Shown one piece after another: positions 27,573 to 37,663 of a DNA stretch of 51,331 nt. The notes under the pieces are model-generated. The model was not told where the DNA came from. It ran no database searches and saw only the letters and a program-made list of their open reading frames with translations. This stretch comes from Phycisphaeraceae bacterium (lineage in GTDB: Bacteria; Planctomycetota; Phycisphaerae; Phycisphaerales; Zrk34), in contig JBBDRF010000020.1 of the NCBI GenBank assembly GCA_040905565.1, positions 1 through 51,331 on the forward strand, read 5' to 3'. The stretch's first letter is position 1; each line of letters opens with the position of its first letter. The translations under genes were made by a program, and so were the position numbers.

Positions 27573-27914
27573 ATGTGGCTGTTCATCACGCGCGCGGTTA
27601 TTGCGGGATTGGTTGTTGCGGGTGTGGTCGAGTTAGCGGGACGGTTGCCGCGGGTTGGGGCGCTAATCCTGACGTTGCCGCTGACGAGTCTCATCGCTTT
27701 TATTTTTACGTGGCTTGCTCACCGCGAGGTCGGCACGATCAGTACACTTTCGCGGGAGACCCTGGTGCTGGTGCCGCTCGGCCTGCCGTTCTTTGTGCCC
27801 CTTGCCTTGGCGGATCGCTTCGGGCTCGGGTTCTGGCCGGCGTTCGGCCTTGGCGTGGCACTAGCCGCGACCACGATCGGGCTGTGGTTTCGCTTTGGGC
27901 CCGCCTTGGGCTGA
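27573..27914 (+). CDS. DUF3147-like small membrane protein
   Basis: MWLFITRAVIAGLVVAGVVELA...GALILTLPLTSL; four hydrophobic segments. Confidence 0.75.
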   Translation: MWLFITRAVIAGLVVAGVVELAGRLPRVGALILTLPLTSLIAFIFTWLAHREVGTISTLSRETLVLVPLGLPFFVPLALADRFGLGFWPAFGLGVALAATTIGLWFRFGPALG

Positions 27915-28199
27915 TCGCGAGCCTCGAGCAAGGAAAGGCCCTTCGTAGCACCGCCCCGAGCGACAAGGATCGTTTGTTGACAGGAGGTCAGCAGACAAGC
28001 TCCGCTCTCGGGTTTGGCACGCCTCCCACGATCCGCGATGTTCGCTCTCGGTTTTTGGAGGTTCCATGGGACAGGAAAAGGTTAGGATGTCTGCTTGGCG
28101 ATCCCAAGTGGGCGACCGCCTTGCCGCGCTCATCATCATGAGCGGTCCGTTGTTCTTCAACCATCCCGGTACCTCGTTTTACGCAAGAAAAGGACAAGG

Positions 28200-31100
28200 A
28201 TGCCACGAGACTCGCGGGTAAGATCGTTCGATCACGCTGGGCCTCACGTTGGCTCGCCGGTACGTCTGAGGGTGCTTCGAGCCGCCCTTGCGGTGGTAAT
28301 GTTTACCGTTGTGATCGTCTCCGGCGTCGGCGTTAGAGCAGCAGACCTGCCACGGGTTCCCGAAGCGTTCGTCGTAGAGGTGTTCGCCCGGGAGCCGATG
28401 GTTCGCAATCCCTGCGCGATGGCGTTCGACCGTCAGGGGCGTTTGTATGTAAGTCAGGGGCAGCAGTACCGGAACCCCGAGCCCGACACGCGCGGCGACC
28501 GTATTACGCTGCTTCTCGACAGCAACGGCGACGGCGTGGCCGATGAGGCCAGAACTTTCGCCGAAGGCTTCAACCACATTCAGGGTCTTGCGTGGCGTGG
28601 CGACGCGTTGTGGGTCGCTGCGGCGCCGGAGTTGGTCGTCGTCCGTGACACCGATGGCGACGATGTGGCTGACGAGTACACGATCCTCTACGGTGGGCTC
28701 GGCAATCTGGAGCACGCCCTGCATGGACTGAACCCCGCTCCCGACGGCCGAATGTACATGTCCAAGGGGAACTCGAAAGGGTATGTTGACGAGTCCAGCC
28801 CGGAAAAATACATCGCTCCCAAAGCCTTCCGCGAATTGTGGGGGATGAACGCCCCGCCCGGCACGCCAGAGACCTTTGAACCCCGTAAGTTCGATTCCGC
28901 AGAAGCCTTCGCCGGGGCCCGCGGCTATCACCACCCGTCGGATGATTGGGGCACGGAGGGCGGCATCCTGCGCTGCGACCCCGACGGGCGCAACCTCGAG
29001 ATCTTCAGCCGCGGCCTGCGCAACCCGTGGGATATCGCATTCGATGAGCACTTCAACTGGCTCGGTACGGATCAGGATCAGGACGGCGGCGATCGCATTA
29101 TCCAACCGTTCTATGGCGCCCACTTCGGGTGGGGGCATGCCTGGAGTCCGCATTGGACTGGGGAGGACCACCTGCCAACCGTGCCGATCAGTGGGCCGCC
29201 GTTCCACGGATCCGGCACGGGCGTGGTCTATTGCACGTCGCCCCAGTTCCCGCCGGAGTACCGCGGCGTGTTTTTCATCAACGACTGGCTTAAGCGTCAG
29301 ACGGTCGTGTATCGCCCGGAGTGGGACGGGGCGATGATACGCAACATGGCTGAGCCGGAGGTGTTCGCCGCCGCGCCTGAAGGACGCACGATGGGTTCCA
29401 GCAGCGGCGTGCTCTACGACGCGGTCGACATGAAGATGGGCCCGGATGGTGCCCTATGGGTGACCAGCTGGGGGCACGGCTACGGGGCGGCTGTAGAGGA
29501 CGGCGAGCAGCTTGACGAGGGCCGCGTCTACCGTATCAGCTATGGCAATCAGCCGGCCTACCGCGCCGCGGAGCACCGCAGCAGTTCCCTCGATCGCTGG
29601 TCGGTATCGCAGTTGATTGCCGATCTTCGTCACGATGCGCTGCCCGTGTGGCGGATCGATGCGGCGGACGAACTTGTGCGGCGTGGCGAGGCGGTGAAGC
29701 AGCCGCTGATTGAAGCGCTGCATCGTGAGGGTCCGCCGCCGGGGGCGACGACGTGGATCGCCTGGACGCTGGGTCGGCTGGATGCGGAAGACCCGGAAAT
29801 CGACACGCTGCTCAGCAACCGTGCTGCGCGTGGCGCGCTGCCCGAACGGGTACAGGCGGTGCGGATTCTGGGCGACCGCGCCCGGCGAAGTGGTGTGCTG
29901 GCCGATGCGGTGGTGGAATCCTTGACCGACGATGAACCACGCATGCGATTCGCCGCCGTGCAGGCGATCCACGAGTCGCGCGAAGCGGCTGTGCTCAGCG
30001 AGCTGTGGGAACTGGTTGACACGGAACAGGACCGGGCCGTGTTCTACGCCGCCTGGCGGGCGCTGGGGGACTTGGCCGATGAAGCAGCACTTCGCCAGAG
30101 GGTGGGTGATGAACGCGGCGGCGTGCGTCGGGCGACCTTGCTGGCGCTACTCGAGCAGAACGCGCTCAGCGGTGATGCGGTTGCCGAGTTCCGCCTGGAC
30201 ACCGACGCCGCCGTTGCCCAGTTGGCATCGTCCTACCTCGAAAAAGTCGGCACATCCGACGAGCCGGTGCTCGCGATCGAGCCTGGCGAGGCCGAGTTCG
30301 GCGATTCCACGCGGGTGCGGATCATCAGCCATGTGGACGGATTGCAGGTGCGTTACACCACCGATGGCAGCAATCCGACGGATACGACGGGCGAGCGTTA
30401 CCGTGAGCCGCTGGTGCTCAGCGGCGATACGAGGGTGCGGGCGGCTCTGTTTCGCGACCGCGTCCGCGTCGGGCCCATCGTTGAGAAGCGCTTTCGCAAG
30501 ACAGAAGGCGCCTCGGCGCACGATCCTGCGGCCGGTGATCCGGGACACGTGCGGATCGCGTTGATCCGGGCTGAGAGCGGAAGCGACTACCGCGCCGCAC
30601 GGGCGGGGCTGCGCGTCGGTAAGCGGGTCTACACGAACCGCCCGTACAGATGGACGGACGTGCCGGACGAGCTGACTGCCGCAACGACGATTCAGACCGC
30701 CAACGACGACGCCGACGTCGGCTCACGTGGCGAGCGGTTTCTCACGTTCGAGCTTGCCGAGGAAGCCGACGTTTACATCGCCCACGACCGCCGGATCAAC
30801 GCCAGGCCCGACTGGCTCAGCGGATTTGAGAAGACGGAGCAGGTCGCCCGCTCAGACGACACCACCTACGACCTGTACCGCAAGCGATTCGACGCGGGCA
30901 AGGTAGTGTTGGGCGGCAACACCACGGACGGCCAGGCGAGCAACCGCTCGCAGTACGCAGTGGTGGTGGTGCCCGCTCCGATCACGCTGACGCCCCGTGA
31001 AACTCCGACGACGGTTGACCAGGTGGTTGAGGCTCTTCCGGAGGCTCGGGGCGAGCGCGGTCGGCGGCTGTTTTTCGGTGCAGCGGGATGCGCCGGCTGC

Positions 31101-32402
31101 CATCGCGTTGACGCGCACGGCGAAAGTTTCGCGCCGGACCTGTCGGACCTCGATGCGCGCGGCGACGCGCGTGCTATCGCCGAGGCGATTCTCGATCCCG
31201 GCGGGACCATCACCGAAGGGTACCAGGGGCTCGTCGTCAGCACGGAGGACGGGGCGTCCTACTTCGGCTTCATTCGGCAGGAGAGCGGACTGACGCTCGA
31301 GATCGTGCAGGCCAACGGCGAGCTGGTATCGATCCCCAAGGCGGATATCGCATCACGCCAGCGGGTCGATGGGTCGGTGATGCCCGCGCTCCAGCACACG
31401 CTCGGCCCGCAGGATGTCGCGGACCTGATCGCCTACCTGACTGCATCGTCTGAAGCAGAATCAGGCGACGGCGATGCGGCGGAAACCAGTGTTATGATTC
31501 AGCCGGAGGCGGGCACGAGTTGGGGCGATGCCGGCACGGGATTTCAACTCGTCATGGAGGAAGACGCGCTCGACATCCGCCTCGACGGTCGGTCGATCGC
31601 TTCCTATGTTTTCCAGGACCAGGAAACGCTGCGGCCGTTCTTCGCACACATCAAGACCCCGCAGGGCATCCAGGTCACCCGCAACCATCCGCCGATCCCC
31701 GGCGAGGATCCGACCGACCATGCGAAGATGCACCCGGGTCTATGGCTCGCGTTTGCCGATCTGAACGGCATCAGCTTCTGGCACAATGAAGAGGGACGCG
31801 TGGTTTACGAGGGTTTTGTCGGTGAGCCGACCGCCGACGAGGACACCGCGACGTTTGTAACGGGGAGTCGTTTCGTCGCCGACGAGGGGACGCGCCTCTG
31901 CAGGCAGCGCACCCACTACACCATCAGAAAGGATCCGGCGGGGTATCGGATTGAGATCGATGCCACGTTTGAATCCGATGAACCGTTTTCCTTCGGCGTG
32001 AAGGAGGAAATGGGACTCGGCGTGCGGGTGGCATCCGAGATCCGGGTCGACGGCGGCAACGGGAGCATCCGCAGTGCCGTCGGCGGTCGCGACGAGCTGG
32101 GCACCTGGGGCAAGGTCGACCGCTGGTGGGACTATGCGGGCGAGATCGAAGAGCGGGCCGTCGGTTTGATGGTCATGGCCGCCCCGGATAACCCGGATGT
32201 CTGGTCGCATAGCCGCGATTACGGCGTGATAGTGGCCAATCCTTTTCCGGTAGACGTTGAAGAGAACCGGGGCATCAGGACCACCATCGACGTCGGCGAC
32301 GCCTTCCGCCTGCGCTTCGGTGTGCTGATCCACGACGCCCATCCCAGCGATCCGCTCGACCGCCAACAGGCCTACCAGCGTTACCTGGAGAGCCTGGACT
32401 GA
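28200..32402 (+). CDS. PVC-type heme-binding protein: beta-propeller + HEAT + chitobiase-C-like + cytochrome c + PmoA/DUF6807-like domain
   Basis: FVVEVFAREPMVRNP, DSNGDGVAD, GLRNPWD, HEAT-like repeats, YTTDGSNP, CAGCH; C-terminal RPFFAHI...TRNHP...DH..HPGLW. Confidence 0.85.
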   Translation: MPRDSRVRSFDHAGPHVGSPVRLRVLRAALAVVMFTVVIVSGVGVRAADLPRVPEAFVVEVFAREPMVRNPCAMAFDRQGRLYVSQGQQYRNPEPDTRGDRITLLLDSNGDGVADEARTFAEGFNHIQGLAWRGDALWVAAAPELVVVRDTDGDDVADEYTILYGGLGNLEHALHGLNPAPDGRMYMSKGNSKGYVDESSPEKYIAPKAFRELWGMNAPPGTPETFEPRKFDSAEAFAGARGYHHPSDDWGTEGGILRCDPDGRNLEIFSRGLRNPWDIAFDEHFNWLGTDQDQDGGDRIIQPFYGAHFGWGHAWSPHWTGEDHLPTVPISGPPFHGSGTGVVYCTSPQFPPEYRGVFFINDWLKRQTVVYRPEWDGAMIRNMAEPEVFAAAPEGRTMGSSSGVLYDAVDMKMGPDGALWVTSWGHGYGAAVEDGEQLDEGRVYRISYGNQPAYRAAEHRSSSLDRWSVSQLIADLRHDALPVWRIDAADELVRRGEAVKQPLIEALHREGPPPGATTWIAWTLGRLDAEDPEIDTLLSNRAARGALPERVQAVRILGDRARRSGVLADAVVESLTDDEPRMRFAAVQAIHESREAAVLSELWELVDTEQDRAVFYAAWRALGDLADEAALRQRVGDERGGVRRATLLALLEQNALSGDAVAEFRLDTDAAVAQLASSYLEKVGTSDEPVLAIEPGEAEFGDSTRVRIISHVDGLQVRYTTDGSNPTDTTGERYREPLVLSGDTRVRAALFRDRVRVGPIVEKRFRKTEGASAHDPAAGDPGHVRIALIRAESGSDYRAARAGLRVGKRVYTNRPYRWTDVPDELTAATTIQTANDDADVGSRGERFLTFELAEEADVYIAHDRRINARPDWLSGFEKTEQVARSDDTTYDLYRKRFDAGKVVLGGNTTDGQASNRSQYAVVVVPAPITLTPRETPTTVDQVVEALPEARGERGRRLFFGAAGCAGCHRVDAHGESFAPDLSDLDARGDARAIAEAILDPGGTITEGYQGLVVSTEDGASYFGFIRQESGLTLEIVQANGELVSIPKADIASRQRVDGSVMPALQHTLGPQDVADLIAYLTASSEAESGDGDAAETSVMIQPEAGTSWGDAGTGFQLVMEEDALDIRLDGRSIASYVFQDQETLRPFFAHIKTPQGIQVTRNHPPIPGEDPTDHAKMHPGLWLAFADLNGISFWHNEEGRVVYEGFVGEPTADEDTATFVTGSRFVADEGTRLCRQRTHYTIRKDPAGYRIEIDATFESDEPFSFGVKEEMGLGVRVASEIRVDGGNGSIRSAVGGRDELGTWGKVDRWWDYAGEIEERAVGLMVMAAPDNPDVWSHSRDYGVIVANPFPVDVEENRGIRTTIDVGDAFRLRFGVLIHDAHPSDPLDRQQAYQRYLESLD

Positions 32403-32445
32403 ACGACCACGGCTATAAGCGGGTAGCTTCCACCTTCCCCGCTGC

Positions 32446-35190
32446 TCATCGCACCGCACCGGCAGATTCTTCCGCAGCCTCTCCAGGCCGACGCCGTTGG
32501 AGGCGCATGAGCCATTTTTCCAACTCGACGAGGACGAATACGGAGGCGGTGACGGGGACGATGTACAACCATGTGGTGGCTTCGAGCGGGGCGGTGCCGA
32601 AGGCGCGGTGCATGAAGGGGACGTATGTGAAGATCAATTGGAAGAGCACGACGAGGCCTATCGCCGGGAGGACGTAGCGATTGCCGGTGAGCAGGTCGGG
32701 CTTAAGGACGCTCTGGTCGATGTGGCGAACGTCGAGGAGGTAGAAGGCTTCGAAAAGCACGAGCGTGTTCACGGCGACGGTCTGGGCGGTATCGACGTCG
32801 GCTTCGACGATCCGCTGCATCCACAGGAACAGGCCGAACGTTCCGGCACACATGATCAGCGACACAAACACCACACGCCACGCCAGCACCGGCGTCAGCA
32901 GGGCAGCGTGCGGGTCACGCGGCGGACGCTGCATCACGTTCTGCTCCGTGGGTTCAAACGCCAGCGATAGCGCCAACGTCACCGCCGTGATCATGTTCAC
33001 CCATAGAATCTGCACCGGCGTGATGGGAAGGGCCGCGCCCATGGCGATCGCGGCGACGATCGTCATCGCTTCGCCGCCGTTGGTCGGCAGAATGAAGACG
33101 ATGGCTTTGCGAAGGTTGTCGTAGACGGTTCGGCCTTCCTCGACTGCGTGAGCGATGGACGCGAAGTTGTCGTCGGCGAGCACCATCTCCGAGGCTTCCC
33201 TGGAAACGTCGGTCCCTTTGATGCCCATGGCGACGCCGACGTTCGCGCGCTTGAGTGCTGGGGCGTCGTTCACGCCGTCGCCGGTCATGGCGACGATGTG
33301 GCCGCCGGTCTGGATGGATTCAACCAGTCGCAGCTTGTGTTCAGGGCTCACGCGAGCGTAAACATCGACATCAGGGGTCGACCGCGCGAGTTCCTGATCG
33401 CTCAGCGACTCAAGCTCGCGGCCGGTCATCGCGGTTTCGCCGTCGCCGATGCCGAGTTGCAGGCCGATCGCTTTGGCGGTCGATGCGTGATCGCCGGTGA
33501 CCATTTTCGAGCGGATGCCCGCTTCGTGGCAGCGGTGGACGGCGTCGATCGCCTCCTGGCGCGGCGGGTCAATCAGGCCGCACAGGCCCAGCATGACCGC
33601 GCCCTGCTGGACGGCCTGGAAATCAAGCTTCCGTTCGCCGTTTGCCGGCTTCATGGCGATCGCCAGCAAACGCTGGCCGCGCGAGGCCAGTTCTTCGGCA
33701 CGTTGCTCCCACGGTTCGGCTTCGAGTGGTTCATCGTCGCCTTCGGCGTTGCGTTGGCGCTCGCACATTTCGAGGATCTTTTCCGGTGCTCCTTTGATGT
33801 AGATCAGGCTGCGGGTGTTTTGTTTGTGGAGCGTCGCCATGAACTGGTTTTCCGATTCGAAAGGGATTGCGTCGATCTCTGGCAGTTGCTCCTGTTCATC
33901 GTGCTTGTTCATCCCCGCTTTCATCGCGGCCACAATCAACGCAGCCTCCATGGCGTCGCCCCTTGGTTGCCAGCGGCCTTGATCGTCCTGCGCCACGTCG
34001 GCCTCGTTGCACAGAAGGCCGGCACGCAGCGTCTCAAGCAGAGCGGGGTGGTCTTCAGGATTGATTTTCTCGTCGTTCAGTGTCAGCTGCCCCTCGGGCT
34101 TGTAGCCTGCGCCGCTGATCTCGTAGGTGCGGTCGCCGGAGTAGAGGCTTTGCACCATCATCTCGTTGCGTGTGAGGGTACCGGTTTTGTCTGAGCAGAT
34201 CACGGTGACGGCACCGAGGGTGTCGACCGCGGGTAGCCGACGGATGAAGGCGTTACGCGCCGCCATGCGGCGGACGCCGATGGCGAGTGTGACCGTCATG
34301 ATCGCTGGGAGCCCCTGCGGGATTGCCGCTACCGCCACGCTTACCGCAGCAAGGAACATTTCGACCCATGCGTACCCACGTACGAACACGCCGAAGAGGA
34401 CCAGGGCGGCTGCGAGCAAGATGATCGCCACGGAAAGATAGCGGCCGAAGCGCGTCACCTGCTGCATGAGGGGGGTGGCGATTTGTTCGGTTTCGGCGAC
34501 CATCTCCTGAATGCGCCCGATCTCGGTATCGTCGCCGGTGGCGACCACAATCCCTTCGCCCCGGCCGGAGTTGACGAGCGTTCCCGAGAACGCCATGCCC
34601 ACGCGATCGGCGGGCACGGCTTGTTCATCCACTGGGTCGGTGCCTTTTTCGCTGGCGACCGATTCACCGGTCAATGCCGCCTCGTTGCTCGTGAGATCAC
34701 GCACGCGGGTGAGGCGGATATCGGCAGGAACTTTGTCTCCGGAGGTAAGGAGCACCACGTCCCCGGGCACGAGTTGCTCAGCGGGAATCGCCTGCTCTTG
34801 GCCGTTGCGGCGTACGGTCGCTTTCTGCGACATCATGGCGCTGATCGCCTGGAGCGCCTTCTCGGCCTTGCCTTCCTGGATGAAGCCGATGATCGCGTTG
34901 ATCAAGACGACGGCGAGGATGACGCCGGTATCGATCCACTGTTCGAGCAGGCCTGTCATGACGGCCGCGACGAGCAGGATGTAGATCAGGACGTTGTGGA
35001 ACTGCGCGAGGAACCGCTGGAGAGGGCCGCGGCGTTTCTGTTCGGAGAGACGGTTTGGTCCGTGCTGCTCGAGCCGCCGTCGTGCCTCATCATCGCCGAG
35101 GCCTTGGGGCTGGCTTTTCAGATGGTCGACCACTGCCTCAGCATTCACGGCGTGCCAGTGCGCCGGCTTGTTTGCCTGCTCCTTGTTCAC
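32446..35190 (-). CDS. P2A-like cation-transporting P-type ATPase
   Basis: GPNRL, TGES, DKTGTLT, KGAPE, DPPR, MVTGD and GDGVNDAP motifs; M4 motif reads IPQGLP. Confidence 0.95.
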   Translation of the reverse strand: MNKEQANKPAHWHAVNAEAVVDHLKSQPQGLGDDEARRRLEQHGPNRLSEQKRRGPLQRFLAQFHNVLIYILLVAAVMTGLLEQWIDTGVILAVVLINAIIGFIQEGKAEKALQAISAMMSQKATVRRNGQEQAIPAEQLVPGDVVLLTSGDKVPADIRLTRVRDLTSNEAALTGESVASEKGTDPVDEQAVPADRVGMAFSGTLVNSGRGEGIVVATGDDTEIGRIQEMVAETEQIATPLMQQVTRFGRYLSVAIILLAAALVLFGVFVRGYAWVEMFLAAVSVAVAAIPQGLPAIMTVTLAIGVRRMAARNAFIRRLPAVDTLGAVTVICSDKTGTLTRNEMMVQSLYSGDRTYEISGAGYKPEGQLTLNDEKINPEDHPALLETLRAGLLCNEADVAQDDQGRWQPRGDAMEAALIVAAMKAGMNKHDEQEQLPEIDAIPFESENQFMATLHKQNTRSLIYIKGAPEKILEMCERQRNAEGDDEPLEAEPWEQRAEELASRGQRLLAIAMKPANGERKLDFQAVQQGAVMLGLCGLIDPPRQEAIDAVHRCHEAGIRSKMVTGDHASTAKAIGLQLGIGDGETAMTGRELESLSDQELARSTPDVDVYARVSPEHKLRLVESIQTGGHIVAMTGDGVNDAPALKRANVGVAMGIKGTDVSREASEMVLADDNFASIAHAVEEGRTVYDNLRKAIVFILPTNGGEAMTIVAAIAMGAALPITPVQILWVNMITAVTLALSLAFEPTEQNVMQRPPRDPHAALLTPVLAWRVVFVSLIMCAGTFGLFLWMQRIVEADVDTAQTVAVNTLVLFEAFYLLDVRHIDQSVLKPDLLTGNRYVLPAIGLVVLFQLIFTYVPFMHRAFGTAPLEATTWLYIVPVTASVFVLVELEKWLMRLQRRRPGEAAEESAGAVR

Positions 35191-35455
35191 ACGCTCTCCA
35201 GGCGAACGGCATCCTGCTGGTGGTTGATAATCATGGCCAGGTTTCGTCGCCGCCTGATTCCTGCATTGTGCGCCTGCATCGGCCGCCGTTCACCCGGATG
35301 ACCACCGCAGCGGCGGCACGGTCTCTTCCCCATCCTTTTGTTGGGGCACCGGTTCACGGCCTCGCCTTGGCACGAACCCGCCCAGCGGTTCTAATACGGT
35401 TTCGAAGCATCACGTGGGGCGGGGTGCAGGCGATATCTGCCAGGGAGTTTTTCTC

Positions 35456-36475
35456 ATGTTCAATCGTGTTACTGTGCTCGGCGACGGCGCCATGGCCACC
35501 GTCTGTGCGCTGCTGCTGGACAGCAAGAAGGTCGACGTCACTATCTGGGGCCCCTTCGAAGCGCATGTTGAGCAGATGTTCAAAACACGGCTAAACGAGA
35601 AGTACCTGCCGGACTACCCGCTGCCTGAATCCGTGCGTCTTACTGCTGACTGCGCCGAAGCGGTCAGCGAGGCGGAACTGATCGTCTCGGCGATCCCGAC
35701 GCAATACATGCGAGGCGTGTGGGAGCGCTGCCGTGAATTCATGCCGCCCAGCGTCCCCGTCGTTTCCGTCGCCAAGGGCATCGAGAACGACACGCTGCTG
35801 AGGCCCACGCAGATCGTGACGGATGTGCTGCGCGACGATCCGGACGGTCTGCCTCGGCCGGTGGCGGCGCTGTCGGGCCCGTCGATCGCGCGTGAACTGG
35901 CCCGCTGTCTGCCCGCCACTGTCTGTGTCGCCGGCGACGATGAAGCGTTCACGCGTCAGCTTCAGGAGCTGTTCACGACGCAGTGGTTCCGCGTTTACAC
36001 CAACGCCGACCTGCTGGGCGTGGAGCTTGCGGGGGCGGCGAAGAACGTGATCGCGCTCGCCGCGGGGATCATCGACGGCCTCCAGGCAGGCTACAACGCC
36101 AAGAGCGCGCTGCTTTCACGCGGCCTCGCTGAGATCACGCGGCTGGGCACGGCGATGGGCGCCCATCCCGAGACGTTCTTCGGCATCGCAGGCGTCGGTG
36201 ACCTCGCCACCACCTGCTTCAGCCCGGAGGGCCGAAACCGCACGGCAGGGGAGCTGCTTGGGAAGGGTCAGAAACTTGACCAGGTGCTCGAGCAGATCAA
36301 CGGCATCGTCGAAGGCGTCCCCACCGCACGGTCGGTAACGCAGCTTGCCCAGAAGTACCGCGTCGAGATGCCGATTGTTGAAGCTGTGCACGATGTCCTC
36401 TTTCAGGACCTCGACCCGATCGATGGCATCAGCCGCCTGATGAGCCGCAAGCCCAAGGAAGAAAACGTCGGTTGA
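35456..36475 (+). CDS. gpsA: NAD(P)H-dependent glycerol-3-phosphate dehydrogenase
   Basis: VLGDGAMAT, KGIE, LSGPS, GAAKNVIA, GVGDL..TC and VEGV motifs. Confidence 0.95.
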   Translation: MFNRVTVLGDGAMATVCALLLDSKKVDVTIWGPFEAHVEQMFKTRLNEKYLPDYPLPESVRLTADCAEAVSEAELIVSAIPTQYMRGVWERCREFMPPSVPVVSVAKGIENDTLLRPTQIVTDVLRDDPDGLPRPVAALSGPSIARELARCLPATVCVAGDDEAFTRQLQELFTTQWFRVYTNADLLGVELAGAAKNVIALAAGIIDGLQAGYNAKSALLSRGLAEITRLGTAMGAHPETFFGIAGVGDLATTCFSPEGRNRTAGELLGKGQKLDQVLEQINGIVEGVPTARSVTQLAQKYRVEMPIVEAVHDVLFQDLDPIDGISRLMSRKPKEENVG

Positions 36476-36667
36476 TTCGACGAAAAGAGTCGGCTTGTCC
36501 CCAAGCCGGTCGCCGGCGCCCCGCCAAGTTGGCCACGATGCTCCAGCAAAAAACCGACGTAACCCGTTGAGGATTACGCCGGGGTCATCTCCTCCCCCCT
36601 CATCAATTGCGCCTGCAGAATAAGGTTCGACTTGCTAGCCGTCCAAGACGCCGTGCGGATGATTCTG

Positions 36668-36682
36668 ATAGGCTATGGCTAT
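36668..36682. promoter_or_regulatory. LysR/OxyR-type box ATAG-N7-CTAT overlapping the regulator start
   Basis: ATAGGCTATGGCTAT read directly; fits T-N11-A and the OxyR half-site. Confidence 0.6.
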
Positions 36683-37592
36683 GGAGTTGCATCAACTGAG
36701 ATACTTCGTGGCGGTGATGGATACGGGAAGTTTTGGCAAAGCGGCGGTGCGGTGCGCGGTGGCGCAGCCGTCGCTGAGTCAGCAGGTGATCAAGTTGGAG
36801 AAGGAGCTGGGCAAGCCGTTGTTCGATCGGCTTGGCCGAAGCATTGCCGTGACCGAGGCCGGCCGGCTGCTGTACCCGCGTGCGAAGCGGATCCTGACGG
36901 AGGTTGAAAACGCCCGCACTTCGGTGGCTGAGGATGTTGAGGCGGGGCTTGGTAAGTTGATGGTTGGTGCAATACCGACGGTCGCGCCGTACCTTCTGCC
37001 GGACGCCATTGCCGCGTTTCGACAGGCTTGGCCGAATGCAGAGCTGTCGATCACGGAAGATATCACGCGGAACCTGGTGCGGATGCTGATCGACAGCGAA
37101 ATCGACCTTGCGATCATGGCTGCCCCGATTGAGGATCATCGGCTTGCGGTGGAGCAGATTGCCCACGAACCGCTTGTCTGCGTGGTGGATAAGGGGCATC
37201 CGCTCGGCGGTCGTAAGCGGGTTCGTTTCGATGAGCTGACCGATCAACCGAGCATTGTGCTGCACGAGGTGCACTGTCTTTCGCAGCAGGTGAACGCGTT
37301 TTGCGTGGATCGGGGTGTGCAGCCGCGGATTGTTTGTCATGCCGCCCAACTGTCGACGCTGCTTCGGCTGGTGGATCTGGGGCTGGGCCTTTCGCTGGTG
37401 CCTCAGACGGCGGTCGCGAGTTATGCGGGGCAATTGAAGGTGGTGCCGTTGGTGGGCCCGCCGATGTTGCGACGGCTGGTGGTCGTGTGGAACGCCAGCC
37501 GGCACCGTCCGCACCTCGGCACGCGTTTCATTGAGCAACTGCGCGCCACCGCCGCGGCGTCGCCGGATCTGGAAGCCATCGCGCCGGCTTGA
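36681..37592 (+). CDS. oxyR: LysR-family regulator, OxyR-like
   Basis: LysR HTH (QPSLSQQVIKLEKELG), GAIPTVAPYLLP, and HCLSQQVNAFC with the OxyR C199/C208 spacing. Confidence 0.75.
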   Translation: MELHQLRYFVAVMDTGSFGKAAVRCAVAQPSLSQQVIKLEKELGKPLFDRLGRSIAVTEAGRLLYPRAKRILTEVENARTSVAEDVEAGLGKLMVGAIPTVAPYLLPDAIAAFRQAWPNAELSITEDITRNLVRMLIDSEIDLAIMAAPIEDHRLAVEQIAHEPLVCVVDKGHPLGGRKRVRFDELTDQPSIVLHEVHCLSQQVNAFCVDRGVQPRIVCHAAQLSTLLRLVDLGLGLSLVPQTAVASYAGQLKVVPLVGPPMLRRLVVVWNASRHRPHLGTRFIEQLRATAAASPDLEAIAPA

Positions 37593-37663
37593 GAGGCGGC
37601 CAAGGCATCCCCCGGAAAATCACGATGGTGGTCGTAGCCGGTAGGCAGGTTTATAATATGGCT

